NCBI GenBank assembly: GCA_047947115.1
Contig: CP170459.1
Coordinates: forward strand, 5,024,001-5,088,000
DNA: 64,000 bases
Source: Verrucomicrobiota bacterium
GTDB lineage: Bacteria > Verrucomicrobiota > Verrucomicrobiia > Limisphaerales > AAA164-E04
Direction of reading: 5' to 3'
Part shown: piece after piece, positions 27,726-36,775 of the stretch
Layout: the number at the start of each line of letters is the position of its first letter
Numbering within the stretch: the first letter of the stretch is position 1
The notes under the pieces: generated by a model
The model's input: only the letters and a program-made list of their open reading frames with translations
Told to the model about the DNA's origin: nothing
The model's database searches: none
Translations under genes and position numbers: made by a program

Positions 27726-29318
27726 ATGGAAGAGATAAATCAACAATCATTGGGAGATGCTCCCATTGCGAAGGAGGAGGCCTTCCACGCTAACCAAGTC
27801 ATGGAAAATCACAATGGCATCTCCTTGAAACAATTGGATATACCTCAAGGGCTTATCGATCTTGTCCCGTCTGATTTTGTCCAGAAACACCGGGTGCTGC
27901 CTTTTCAATACCAGGATGGATTGCTTTGGATTGCTTCTGCTCAGGATTTGGAGCCAGCCGTCAAAGAGGATCTCATACTCATCACCGGTAGCGAGATCAA
28001 AGTCTCTCAGGCATCAGAAGCTGAACTCAATGAGCGGATTGCCGAGATATATCAGATCACGGTGGAGCAGTTGATCCAAAATCTGGATCCCAACGAGGAT
28101 GCCGCCCAGGCAACGGGTAATTTGCATGACATTGAGGTCATGGCCAATGAACCGACGGTGGTCAATCTCGTCAATGTCATCATTTCCACCGCGATTCGCG
28201 AGCGGGCCAGTGACATTCATTTTGTGCCGTTTGAAAACAAACTGGAATTGCGCTACCGCATTGATGGTTTACTTCAGGAAAAACAACCCCCTCCCCGCAA
28301 CCTGCAGGCAGCCATTATCTCCCGTATCAAGATCATGGCGGACATGAACATCGCTGAACGCTATCTTCCCCAGGACGGTCATTTCCAAATCCAACACCGT
28401 GGAACCCGGGTGGATGTGCGTGTCGGAACCATGCCGACAGTCCATGGCGAAAGCGTGGTCATGCGCCTTCTCGAGAAAAACCAGAAAGTCCCCACCCCCT
28501 CCGAACTGGGGCTTGATGATGAACGTGTTCATCTTCTCAATCGTCTCGTCAACAAACCACACGGCCTTTTCCTGACCACCGGCCCCACCGGAAGCGGCAA
28601 AACCACCACTCTTTATTCGGTGCTCAGCGGGGTGTACACACCTGAAAAGAAGATTCTCACCATCGAAGATCCGGTGGAATACGAGCTTCCCGGTGTAGCC
28701 CAAATCCCGGTCCGCCCATCACGGGGTTTTACGTTTGCCACCGGTCTGCGGGCGATCCTGCGCCAGGATCCGGATACGGTCATGGTCGGGGAAATCCGGG
28801 ATTCCGAAACCGCCGAGATCGCGATCCGTGCAGCCCTCACCGGGCATCAGGTCTTCAGCACCCTTCACACGAATGATTCAGCGGGCGCTGTCACGCGTTT
28901 GGTGGATATGGGGGTGGAACCTTTTCTGATTTCATCCTCTCTGGAAGGCGTGCTGGCCCAACGTCTGGTACGTCGTCTTTGTCCTGATTGCATAGAAGAG
29001 GACCCCGAGGCCAACGAACACCTCATGAATCTTGGACTGGAAAACAGGCCGGAAGCCAAAAAGACTTTCTACAGAGGTGCTGGCTGTGACACGTGCCGCG
29101 GGATGGGGTATCGGGGACGCGTTGGTATTTTTGAACTGTTGGCCATCGATGCCACTTTGCGGGATTTGATCGTGCATCGCGGCACCAGCAGCGAAATCAA
29201 GGCACATGCAGACAAACACATGTTGTCCATGCGCGAAGACGCCATCATCAAGGCACACACAGGAATGACCTCCCTTCGCGAAGTTATTCGTGTGGCATCC
29301 ACCGTTGAAGTTTCATGA
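27726..29318 (+). CDS. gspE: T2SS ATPase GspE
   Basis: ASDIH, GPTGSGKTTT, TIEDPVE, LRQDPD, GEIRD, STLHTND, CxxC/CxxC. Confidence 0.93.
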   Translation: MEEINQQSLGDAPIAKEEAFHANQVMENHNGISLKQLDIPQGLIDLVPSDFVQKHRVLPFQYQDGLLWIASAQDLEPAVKEDLILITGSEIKVSQASEAELNERIAEIYQITVEQLIQNLDPNEDAAQATGNLHDIEVMANEPTVVNLVNVIISTAIRERASDIHFVPFENKLELRYRIDGLLQEKQPPPRNLQAAIISRIKIMADMNIAERYLPQDGHFQIQHRGTRVDVRVGTMPTVHGESVVMRLLEKNQKVPTPSELGLDDERVHLLNRLVNKPHGLFLTTGPTGSGKTTTLYSVLSGVYTPEKKILTIEDPVEYELPGVAQIPVRPSRGFTFATGLRAILRQDPDTVMVGEIRDSETAEIAIRAALTGHQVFSTLHTNDSAGAVTRLVDMGVEPFLISSSLEGVLAQRLVRRLCPDCIEEDPEANEHLMNLGLENRPEAKKTFYRGAGCDTCRGMGYRGRVGIFELLAIDATLRDLIVHRGTSSEIKAHADKHMLSMREDAIIKAHTGMTSLREVIRVASTVEVS

Positions 29319-30571
29319 CACGGTTCCGATACAAAGCCATTCAGGCAAATGGAACCGCATCAGACGGAACCATCGAGGCTGAAGACCGCCGAGAAGCCCT
29401 CCGTTTACTGGACACCCAGGGCCTTTTTCCGTCCCTACTTGAAGCCGACCGAAGCGATTCTTCCAAAGCCTCCACCACTGCCGCCAAGACCAAACCTGAC
29501 AGCAAAGAAAAACCCCAGAGCTTTCGATTCGGTTCCGGAATCAAACGGAAAGAGATCACCGCATTCACACAGGAAATGGCGGCTCTCCTCGAAGCAGGTA
29601 TCACCATTCCGCAGGCCCTGATGGCCATGAAAGAGGAAATCGACAATCCCGCGCTCAGGGAAATTGTCCAATCTCTCTGGGAATCGGTTCACAAAGGCAT
29701 CGCTCTTTCCGCCGCCATGGAATCGCATCCCAAACATTTCTCCTCGCTCTACGTCAACATGATCCGTGTGGGCGAAGAAGCCGGCGCCTTGCATCAGGTC
29801 ATGCAGGATGTCGCCGATCTCTTGGAACACGAGGACGATGTCCGAAGCGAAGTCACCGGTGCCGTGGCGTATCCAATGTTTGTATTGGGGTTCGGGGTTT
29901 TTACCGTTGCTCTTCTGCTCACCGTTGTTTTACCGCGCTTGTTCGGGATGTTGACGGACATGATGGATGTACTCCCCCTGCCCACCTTGATTTTGTTATC
30001 GGTCAGCACCTTCATCCAAAACTACTGGTGGTTGATCCTGATCGTCCTGGGGGGAGCCACTTACGGTCTCGTCACCTACATCAAAACCCCTCAGGGCCGC
30101 CTGACGGTTGATAAATGGAAATTAAAGCTCCCACTCCTCGGCCCTGTGTTCAGTTCCTCGGCCACCAGTCGATTTGCGCGCACGCTCGGCACTTTGGCCA
30201 AGGCGGGCGTCTCGTTACTGCCATCCCTGAAGATCGTTGAATTCACCATCGGCAATCAGGTGCTTGCCAATTCCATTGCAGCTGTGACCGAGGAAACACG
30301 CAGAGGCGATTCGCTCGCGGGCCCATTGGGCAAAGCTGGGTTGTTCCCAAGGACGGCGATTCAAATGATCCATGTCGGCGAAGAAACCGGCAAACTCGAC
30401 GTCATGCTCCTGAAGGTCGCGGACATGGAAGAAAAACAAATGCGGGCCCGCACCAAGACGCTGGTTTCCTTGTTGGCTCCGCTGTTGATTTTGATTGTAG
30501 GCGCGCTGGTCGGATTCATCGTCATCGCCCTGCTGCTCCCGATTTTCAAGATGAGCCAAACCATTCACTAA
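29315..30571 (+). CDS. gspF: T2SS inner-membrane platform GspF
   Basis: FRYKA, LYVNMIRVGEEAGAL, YPMF, MIHVGEETGKLD, ALLLPIF. Confidence 0.93.
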   Translation: MTRFRYKAIQANGTASDGTIEAEDRREALRLLDTQGLFPSLLEADRSDSSKASTTAAKTKPDSKEKPQSFRFGSGIKRKEITAFTQEMAALLEAGITIPQALMAMKEEIDNPALREIVQSLWESVHKGIALSAAMESHPKHFSSLYVNMIRVGEEAGALHQVMQDVADLLEHEDDVRSEVTGAVAYPMFVLGFGVFTVALLLTVVLPRLFGMLTDMMDVLPLPTLILLSVSTFIQNYWWLILIVLGGATYGLVTYIKTPQGRLTVDKWKLKLPLLGPVFSSSATSRFARTLGTLAKAGVSLLPSLKIVEFTIGNQVLANSIAAVTEETRRGDSLAGPLGKAGLFPRTAIQMIHVGEETGKLDVMLLKVADMEEKQMRARTKTLVSLLAPLLILIVGALVGFIVIALLLPIFKMSQTIH

Positions 30572-30582
30572 AACACCCACTT

Positions 30583-31041
30583 ATGAAAATGCATACGAAC
30601 AACAAACATCGAACCATCCGAACGACAATCCATCGCTCGGGATTCACCCTGGTGGAAATCATGGTCGTCGTGGTCATCCTCGGCATCCTGGCCGCCACCA
30701 TCATCCCGCAGTTCATCGGCACCGCACATGATGCCAAGGTGAGCATGGCAAGGGCAAACATCACGGAACTGGAATCCGCCGTCGAAAAGTTCTACATCCA
30801 CATGGACCGCTACCCGAGTTCGGAAGAAGGCCTCGAAGCCCTCGTCACCGAACCGGCGGATGGCGCGGGCAAATGGCGCGGCCCCTATGTCAAAATGGTC
30901 CGCCTCGATCCCTGGAGCAACCCCTACCAATACCGCAGCCCAGGTCAGAATGGATCCCAGACCTTCGACCTCTGGTCACGCGGAGCCGACGGCGCTGATG
31001 GTGGGGAAGCGGAAGGAGCAGACATCACAAACTGGCAATGA
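30583..31041 (+). CDS. gspG: Major pseudopilin GspG
   Basis: GFTLVEIM prepilin site; YPSSEEGLEAL, WRGPY, DPWSNPYQY, DITNW. Confidence 0.95.
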   Translation: MKMHTNNKHRTIRTTIHRSGFTLVEIMVVVVILGILAATIIPQFIGTAHDAKVSMARANITELESAVEKFYIHMDRYPSSEEGLEALVTEPADGAGKWRGPYVKMVRLDPWSNPYQYRSPGQNGSQTFDLWSRGADGADGGEAEGADITNWQ

Positions 31042-31616
31042 TTCGGCCTCGCGCCATAGGCCGTTTGCGGCATGCGGGTTTCACATTGGTGGAACTCATG
31101 ATTGTCATGGTCATCATCGCGGTCATGACCGCGTTGATGATTCCTGACATGAAGGGCAGTTACGAAGAGGCATTGCTCAAATCCAACGCAAGGAAACTGA
31201 GCGCAGCGTTCAACACCGCCTACAGCAAGGCCATCACCACCCATCAGATGCATCGCGTGCGCATCGATCCCGAGCAATCCAATTTGATCGTGGAGGCACG
31301 CACCACCGAAATCGATACGCCTTACCTTCCCCTGAAGGAATTCGAGCGAACGGACAGCCAACTGCACCCCAACATCCGCATACGATTCCATGAACCCAGG
31401 CAGGGATTCACCGGCGATCCTTCCCAGGAAACCAGCGATCGCCCTGATCAAGCTTCCAGTCAACAACCCGAAAATGTCTTCGTGTTTGAACCCGATGGCA
31501 CCTGCAAAGGCAAGGATGTTGAAATGCGTGATCGTATGGGATTTGGTCTCATGATTCATCTCAATCAAATCACCTCACGTGTGACATTCGAAAACATGGA
31601 AAGGATCCAACCATGA
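31038..31616 (+). CDS. gspH: Minor pseudopilin GspH
   Basis: GFTLVELM; FEPDG motif; position in the operon. Confidence 0.8.
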   Translation: MIRPRAIGRLRHAGFTLVELMIVMVIIAVMTALMIPDMKGSYEEALLKSNARKLSAAFNTAYSKAITTHQMHRVRIDPEQSNLIVEARTTEIDTPYLPLKEFERTDSQLHPNIRIRFHEPRQGFTGDPSQETSDRPDQASSQQPENVFVFEPDGTCKGKDVEMRDRMGFGLMIHLNQITSRVTFENMERIQP

Positions 31617-32050
31617 AGCGATCTCAGTCAGGTTTCTCTTTGATCGAACTCCTGTTTGCCGTGCTCATTCTGGGAGTAGGGATCGCCGGTATGGCCCGAG
31701 GCATCACGGCATCCCTGTCCGCCAGCAAGGAATCGGAAATTCAAACAAAGGCGGCATTGTTTGCGGCAGGACGCATGGAATTTCTTCGAGCGGATGGTTA
31801 CTACATCGCGGGTTCGGATGAAGGGGAATGTGGCGTCACTCTGCCCGGTTACGTCTGGCAGCAAACCCTGACCGAATCCACCCAACACGAAGGACTCTTT
31901 GATGTCGTCATCAAGATTCTTCCCGACAGCGAATCCGACGTTTCAGTGTTCACACTGGAAACTCGGTTATACGAACCCCCGATCGGCATCAACTCCACCG
32001 CTGATCGGGAGAATGCACGCGACAACGAAAGACGTTCGGAACGTCCCTGA
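31613..32050 (+). CDS. gspI: Minor pseudopilin GspI
   Basis: GFSLIELL; size and gene order. Confidence 0.78.
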   Translation: MKRSQSGFSLIELLFAVLILGVGIAGMARGITASLSASKESEIQTKAALFAAGRMEFLRADGYYIAGSDEGECGVTLPGYVWQQTLTESTQHEGLFDVVIKILPDSESDVSVFTLETRLYEPPIGINSTADRENARDNERRSERP

Positions 32051-32058
32051 CATTCGCC

Positions 32059-32889
32059 ATGCAAATCAGACACACCGGCAGACGACCTTTCAGAACACGC
32101 GCATTCACCTTGGTTGAGTTGTTGATCAGTGTCAGCCTCATGACCGGTATCATGGCGGCGTCGTATGTGTGTTTGCAGGCGGCCCTGACCGGACGTACCA
32201 TGGTCAATGACCGGTCCGATGCGATCCAGTCCGCACGCGTGGTGATGGACATGATTGCCGCCGACCTCAGAGCGGCTGATCGCCTCTCTGAACAACACGA
32301 GATCCTCGGACTCGACCGCACACTCGAAGGCATTGAAGCCGACAACATCGATTTCGTCACCCGACACTATCGTCCAAAATTCCCTACTGAAGCAGACTAT
32401 TGCGAGACCAGCTATTTCGTCGCCAAAAACCCGGAGACCGATCGCTTCGTCCTGTTGCGTCGGCGCGACGCTTCACCGGACGACAAACCGTTGGAGGGAG
32501 GGCAACGAGAGGCCTTGATTGATCATTTGCTGGGATTGAAACTGGAGTATTACGATGGCTGGGATTGGTATGATGACTGGGGTGATGCGAAATCACCCGA
32601 GAATACATCGGCGGCGGAAGAATCCTCCCTGATCGCCTCCGCCGGCAGAACCGGTTTCCCGGACGCGGTCCGCATCACACTGGCCATTGGCGAACGCACC
32701 TCCGACGTTCCCGCACTTGCTCAACCCACCATGACCACCGGGGAAGAGACCGCTCCAACCATACCGGGCGCCTTGATTTTCCAAACCATCGTTCACCTCA
32801 ACCATGCCGGAGCAGAGGACGCATCAGGATCCGAAACAAACGCTACCGATGCAAGCAGTGCATCCAACGGCAACACTCAGAACCAATGA
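32059..32889 (+). CDS. gspJ: Minor pseudopilin GspJ
   Basis: AFTLVELL, DLRAA, YYDG..W, PDAVRITL. Confidence 0.82.
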   Translation: MQIRHTGRRPFRTRAFTLVELLISVSLMTGIMAASYVCLQAALTGRTMVNDRSDAIQSARVVMDMIAADLRAADRLSEQHEILGLDRTLEGIEADNIDFVTRHYRPKFPTEADYCETSYFVAKNPETDRFVLLRRRDASPDDKPLEGGQREALIDHLLGLKLEYYDGWDWYDDWGDAKSPENTSAAEESSLIASAGRTGFPDAVRITLAIGERTSDVPALAQPTMTTGEETAPTIPGALIFQTIVHLNHAGAEDASGSETNATDASSASNGNTQNQ

Positions 32890-32890
32890 C

Positions 32891-34234
32891 ATGAAACACC
32901 CCCGCGCAAACAACGGATCAGTCCTGGTCGGCATCTTATGGTGCATGGCGCTGCTATCCGTGGTGGTGGTGGGTTCGCTTTATACGTCCCGCATTGACCT
33001 GACGTCCACCAAACTCCATGGCGATCGCATTCAGGCTTACTATCTCGCCCTGGCTGGAGTGGAAACAGCGAAGGCACTGATCTACGAAGACGCCAAGGAC
33101 CGGAGTCAACGCAGCACGCACCACAGTGGAGCGCTTTATGAAGATCCCTCCCAATTTCAGGACATCCCATTTTCCCGGGGCACATTCAGGGTGGGCCATG
33201 CCGGCAAGCAAAACCCGGATGGCATCTGGACCTTTGGAATTCGTGATGAAGAAGGAAGGTTAAACATCAACACGGCCAGCACGGAAGAGCTGGCCAAACT
33301 TCCCGGTTCCAGTGAATCCATCGCAGCTGCCATCGTCGATTTCCGTGACAACGACGATCAGGTGACTCCGGGAGGCGCCGAATCGGATACCTACGCCAGT
33401 CTAACCCCACCCTACCTTCCTAGAAATGGTCCGTTCAAGAGTGTCGATGAACTCCGCATGGTTTATGGAATCAGCCCTTCCATGGTGGTGGGAGAAGACA
33501 GCAATCGCAACATGATCCTCGATCCCGAGGAAAACGACGGTGAAACCTCGGAACCCATGGACAATCAGGACGGCCGCCTGGATCTGGGTTGGAGCGAATG
33601 GCTCACTGCTCACTCCGCCATGGCAAACACCACCGCATCGGGCGACACGCGCATTTCCATTCAGGAGGCCGATGAAACCGAACTGACCGAAATACCCGGA
33701 ATAACCACTGACCTCGCCGAATCCATCGTAAAATTCCGGGAAGACAATGAATTTCAAACCATCGCCAGCCTGCTGGATGTTGTCCAGGCCAGCGATGATG
33801 ACGACGTCAACAATGGACGTGGAGGAGGATCCGCTTCTGGCGAGAAACTGATTTCCACCAGCGAATTCATATCGATGTCCGATTACGTCACGGTGGGCAC
33901 CGACACTTCCCTGCCCGGTCGGATCAACATCAACACCGCACCGGAAGAAATCCTGACGTGCCTGCCGGGCATGACACGCGAATTGGCGCATGCCGTAGTC
34001 AATTACCGTTCGTCCTCGGGCTACTTTGATTCAGTGGGCGCCGTGTTGAATGTGCCGGGCATGACGACGGATATTTTCAAACAACTTTGTCCCCGCATCG
34101 GGGTTCGTTCGGACACGTTCCGTATTCTGAGCGAGGGACGCATCACTTCCACCGGCGCAAAAAAGCAGATCGAAATGATCGTTCGAGTCGAGGACGGCAC
34201 CATTACCACATTGGCATACAGGGAATATCCATGA
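32891..34234 (+). CDS. gspK: Minor pseudopilin GspK with extra helix-hairpin-helix modules
   Basis: GSVLVGILW (no E5), AYYLALAGV, DEEGRLNINTA, RNGPFKSVDEL, RININTAP. Confidence 0.85.
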   Translation: MKHPRANNGSVLVGILWCMALLSVVVVGSLYTSRIDLTSTKLHGDRIQAYYLALAGVETAKALIYEDAKDRSQRSTHHSGALYEDPSQFQDIPFSRGTFRVGHAGKQNPDGIWTFGIRDEEGRLNINTASTEELAKLPGSSESIAAAIVDFRDNDDQVTPGGAESDTYASLTPPYLPRNGPFKSVDELRMVYGISPSMVVGEDSNRNMILDPEENDGETSEPMDNQDGRLDLGWSEWLTAHSAMANTTASGDTRISIQEADETELTEIPGITTDLAESIVKFREDNEFQTIASLLDVVQASDDDDVNNGRGGGSASGEKLISTSEFISMSDYVTVGTDTSLPGRININTAPEEILTCLPGMTRELAHAVVNYRSSSGYFDSVGAVLNVPGMTTDIFKQLCPRIGVRSDTFRILSEGRITSTGAKKQIEMIVRVEDGTITTLAYREYP

Positions 34235-35697
34235 CGACATCAACACAAACATCAACCCATCGATTGGCCGTTGAAATCCGCGCCGGCTCATGGCGCGGCG
34301 GCACGGCATCCGGCGGGTTTGACATCCCCATTCAACGCAACGCACAAGGCAATATCACGGACGAAAGCAGAGCGACGGTCGTCCAAGCCCTGAATGACTT
34401 GACCGGAAACAATCCCATTCAGTTCACCCATACCACCTGTGCTGTCACGTCAGGCGGAATGTTGCTGCGCACCATGGAGCTGCCGGCCGCCGCAGATGAT
34501 GAGGCGCTGAAAAATCTGGTGGAACTTCAAATCGAAAAAGAATGGCCACTGCCACCGGAAGAACTGGCCTGGGGTTTTCAGCGCATCGTGGAGCCGACCG
34601 GTTCGGACCTCAATCCGGAAACTCCCAAAGTCAAAGTGACGGTGGCGGCGATCAAAAGTTCGGTGTTCCGTCAGTACAAGGAAATCCTGTCAGACTGCCG
34701 TCTCCAAGCAGACTGGATTGTCGGAGCAAGTGTTGGGTCCATGGCAGAGGACATCGCTTCCTCCAAAACAGCCTGGCTCATGGATGTTCAGGCAAAGAAC
34801 ACGGACCTCGTCCATTACGAATGGGGTGTTCCAACGACTGCGCAAACTTTTTCAACCGGATCGAATGAATTAGTCCGGAACACCGAATCATCAGAACTCT
34901 CCAAAGACTTCCTATCCATCATCAAAACGATCCAATGCGAAGGTTCTCCTTTGATGTTGGTGGTCGCTGCAAGTGAAGCTTGCTTGAAAAAATTGCAGCC
35001 CCCCCTTCAAGCCAACTTCCCGGGGGTCCCGATTCAAAGCCAATTAATCGATACACGGCCAGGTGCAAGCCTCGCCACGCAACATCTGATCACCCATACC
35101 TGCCCCCATCCCGGCCGCAACGTGATCACACTGGAATCCCATGAAGTGAAGGCGCCGCCCGCTCCCATCGACAAGGCGCCGTTTATTCGCTGGGGTGTTC
35201 TGCTCGCCGCCTTGATCATGACCATCTTTCTGGCACGTCGAATCGAACCGAGCCTGAAAGCTGGCAAACTCGAAAGCCAACTCACACAGTTCCGCGAGCA
35301 AAAGAAACTGCTACCGGAAATCGACCGGGAACTCAGTTTCCTGGAACATATCCAAAACAAATCCCTGCCTTACATGGATATCATCGGATTGCTGGCAGCG
35401 CATTCAACACCGGGCTTTCAACTGGAATCCATGGATATGGGCAGCGACCGTCGCGTCCAACTGCGCGGTTTGCTCCAGGACGCCCATCCGGAGGACCTGC
35501 GGGCCAAACTTCTCGCCACCGATTGGTTCGATCAAGTGATACTCGATGAACAAACACCTGATCGGGACGGACGCAAACTCACCGTCCGCATCACCCTGTT
35601 GGTCAAGGAACATTTAAAACGCCCCAAAGCCACCGAAACCATGCTCGGCATTGAAACGGAATCAAAAAAGGACGAACCGAAGAAAGGGGGGAAATAA
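34231..35697 (+). CDS. GspL / PilM-PilN-like assembly platform protein
   Basis: Cytoplasmic actin-like region (LRTMELP, EWPLPPEEL), one TM helix, periplasmic domain; ATGA coupling to gspK. Confidence 0.7.
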   Translation: MTTSTQTSTHRLAVEIRAGSWRGGTASGGFDIPIQRNAQGNITDESRATVVQALNDLTGNNPIQFTHTTCAVTSGGMLLRTMELPAAADDEALKNLVELQIEKEWPLPPEELAWGFQRIVEPTGSDLNPETPKVKVTVAAIKSSVFRQYKEILSDCRLQADWIVGASVGSMAEDIASSKTAWLMDVQAKNTDLVHYEWGVPTTAQTFSTGSNELVRNTESSELSKDFLSIIKTIQCEGSPLMLVVAASEACLKKLQPPLQANFPGVPIQSQLIDTRPGASLATQHLITHTCPHPGRNVITLESHEVKAPPAPIDKAPFIRWGVLLAALIMTIFLARRIEPSLKAGKLESQLTQFREQKKLLPEIDRELSFLEHIQNKSLPYMDIIGLLAAHSTPGFQLESMDMGSDRRVQLRGLLQDAHPEDLRAKLLATDWFDQVILDEQTPDRDGRKLTVRITLLVKEHLKRPKATETMLGIETESKKDEPKKGGK

Positions 35698-35701
35698 CAT
35701 C

Positions 35702-36265
35702 ATGTTGGATTCCATGTCACAAAAAGACAAGCGCACTCTCCTTATCGGAGGCATCTTCATCATCGTTTATCTGGGTTTCTTTTATGGCAACAAGCTGCTG
35801 GGACTGTTCGAGGGCGAACGAAGGGCCTATTTTGATCAATTTGAAGAGGCTCAACAGCTGGGAGATCTTTTCAAATCCTATGAAACCCGCGTCATGAAAA
35901 TAGAAAAACTACGTGAGCAATACAGTTTGAACGTGAGAACCCTCGAAGCCACCAACCTCATCGGCAATGCCGGACGCGCCATCCAGGATCTGGTAAAAAA
36001 CTCGGGTTACAAAATGGGGCAAATACGGGAAGTCGCCAGCCGGGGCGGTCAGGGAATTGCCGCCACACTGCAACTCGAAGGAACAGGCCCCCTCAAATCG
36101 CTCATGCCTTTATTACATCGCTTTCAAACAACCGGCTATCCTCTGATTGTCGATTCCTTCACAGTGCGCGCGGAAAAGCGCAAGCCAGGCGAAGTTCAAT
36201 GGTCCGCCGAGGTGATCCTCCTGGACTATCAAAAGTGGAAAAAACCGGGAGGCGGCAATGCATGA
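35702..36265 (+). CDS. GspM / PilO-like protein
   Basis: MSQKDKRTL + TM + coiled coil + ferredoxin-like C-terminus; gene order. Confidence 0.65.
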   Translation: MLDSMSQKDKRTLLIGGIFIIVYLGFFYGNKLLGLFEGERRAYFDQFEEAQQLGDLFKSYETRVMKIEKLREQYSLNVRTLEATNLIGNAGRAIQDLVKNSGYKMGQIREVASRGGQGIAATLQLEGTGPLKSLMPLLHRFQTTGYPLIVDSFTVRAEKRKPGEVQWSAEVILLDYQKWKKPGGGNA

Positions 36266-36764
36266 CAAATGGCAAAAAGGATTCAAAGGGGCCGCCATTC
36301 TGCTTTGCGTTTTGGCCTTGTGGCCGATCGCACAAATGCTGTTCCGCAAATCGCCCTTGCAGGATATCCAACCCATCCAGTTAAACGCTTCTGAACCAAC
36401 TCCCGCCAAGGAGCCCGATAAAGACAAATCCGGCGGTAGCCTTCCGGGAAGGAGCAACAACCAAATGGACGACCTGCCACCGGACATTGAGAAAAGATCG
36501 GCCAAACTTGAGGAGAGCGGCATTCTGGGAAGAACCCCCAAGCCGCCCCCCATGGCCCTGATCGGTATTGCCGAACCCTATGCCTTTCTGCAAACGCCGA
36601 CGGGGCAAACCGAAAAAATCAAGGAAGGAGAATCCCTGAACGGCGTCAAAGTCCTCCGGGTCGGCTCCAACCGCGTACTGGTGGAGCACGAAGGCCAAAC
36701 CAGTGAATTATCCATTTTTTCGGGCATCGGAAGCGAATCCCTGATGCCTTCAAACAATCAATAA
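36258..36764 (+). CDS. GspC-like (HR domain) protein
   Basis: TM + linker + LIGI..IKEGESLNGVKVLRV..RVLVEHEGQTSEL; lies just before the secretin. Confidence 0.65.
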   Translation: MHDKWQKGFKGAAILLCVLALWPIAQMLFRKSPLQDIQPIQLNASEPTPAKEPDKDKSGGSLPGRSNNQMDDLPPDIEKRSAKLEESGILGRTPKPPPMALIGIAEPYAFLQTPTGQTEKIKEGESLNGVKVLRVGSNRVLVEHEGQTSELSIFSGIGSESLMPSNNQ

Positions 36765-36775
36765 GACTTCAGTTT

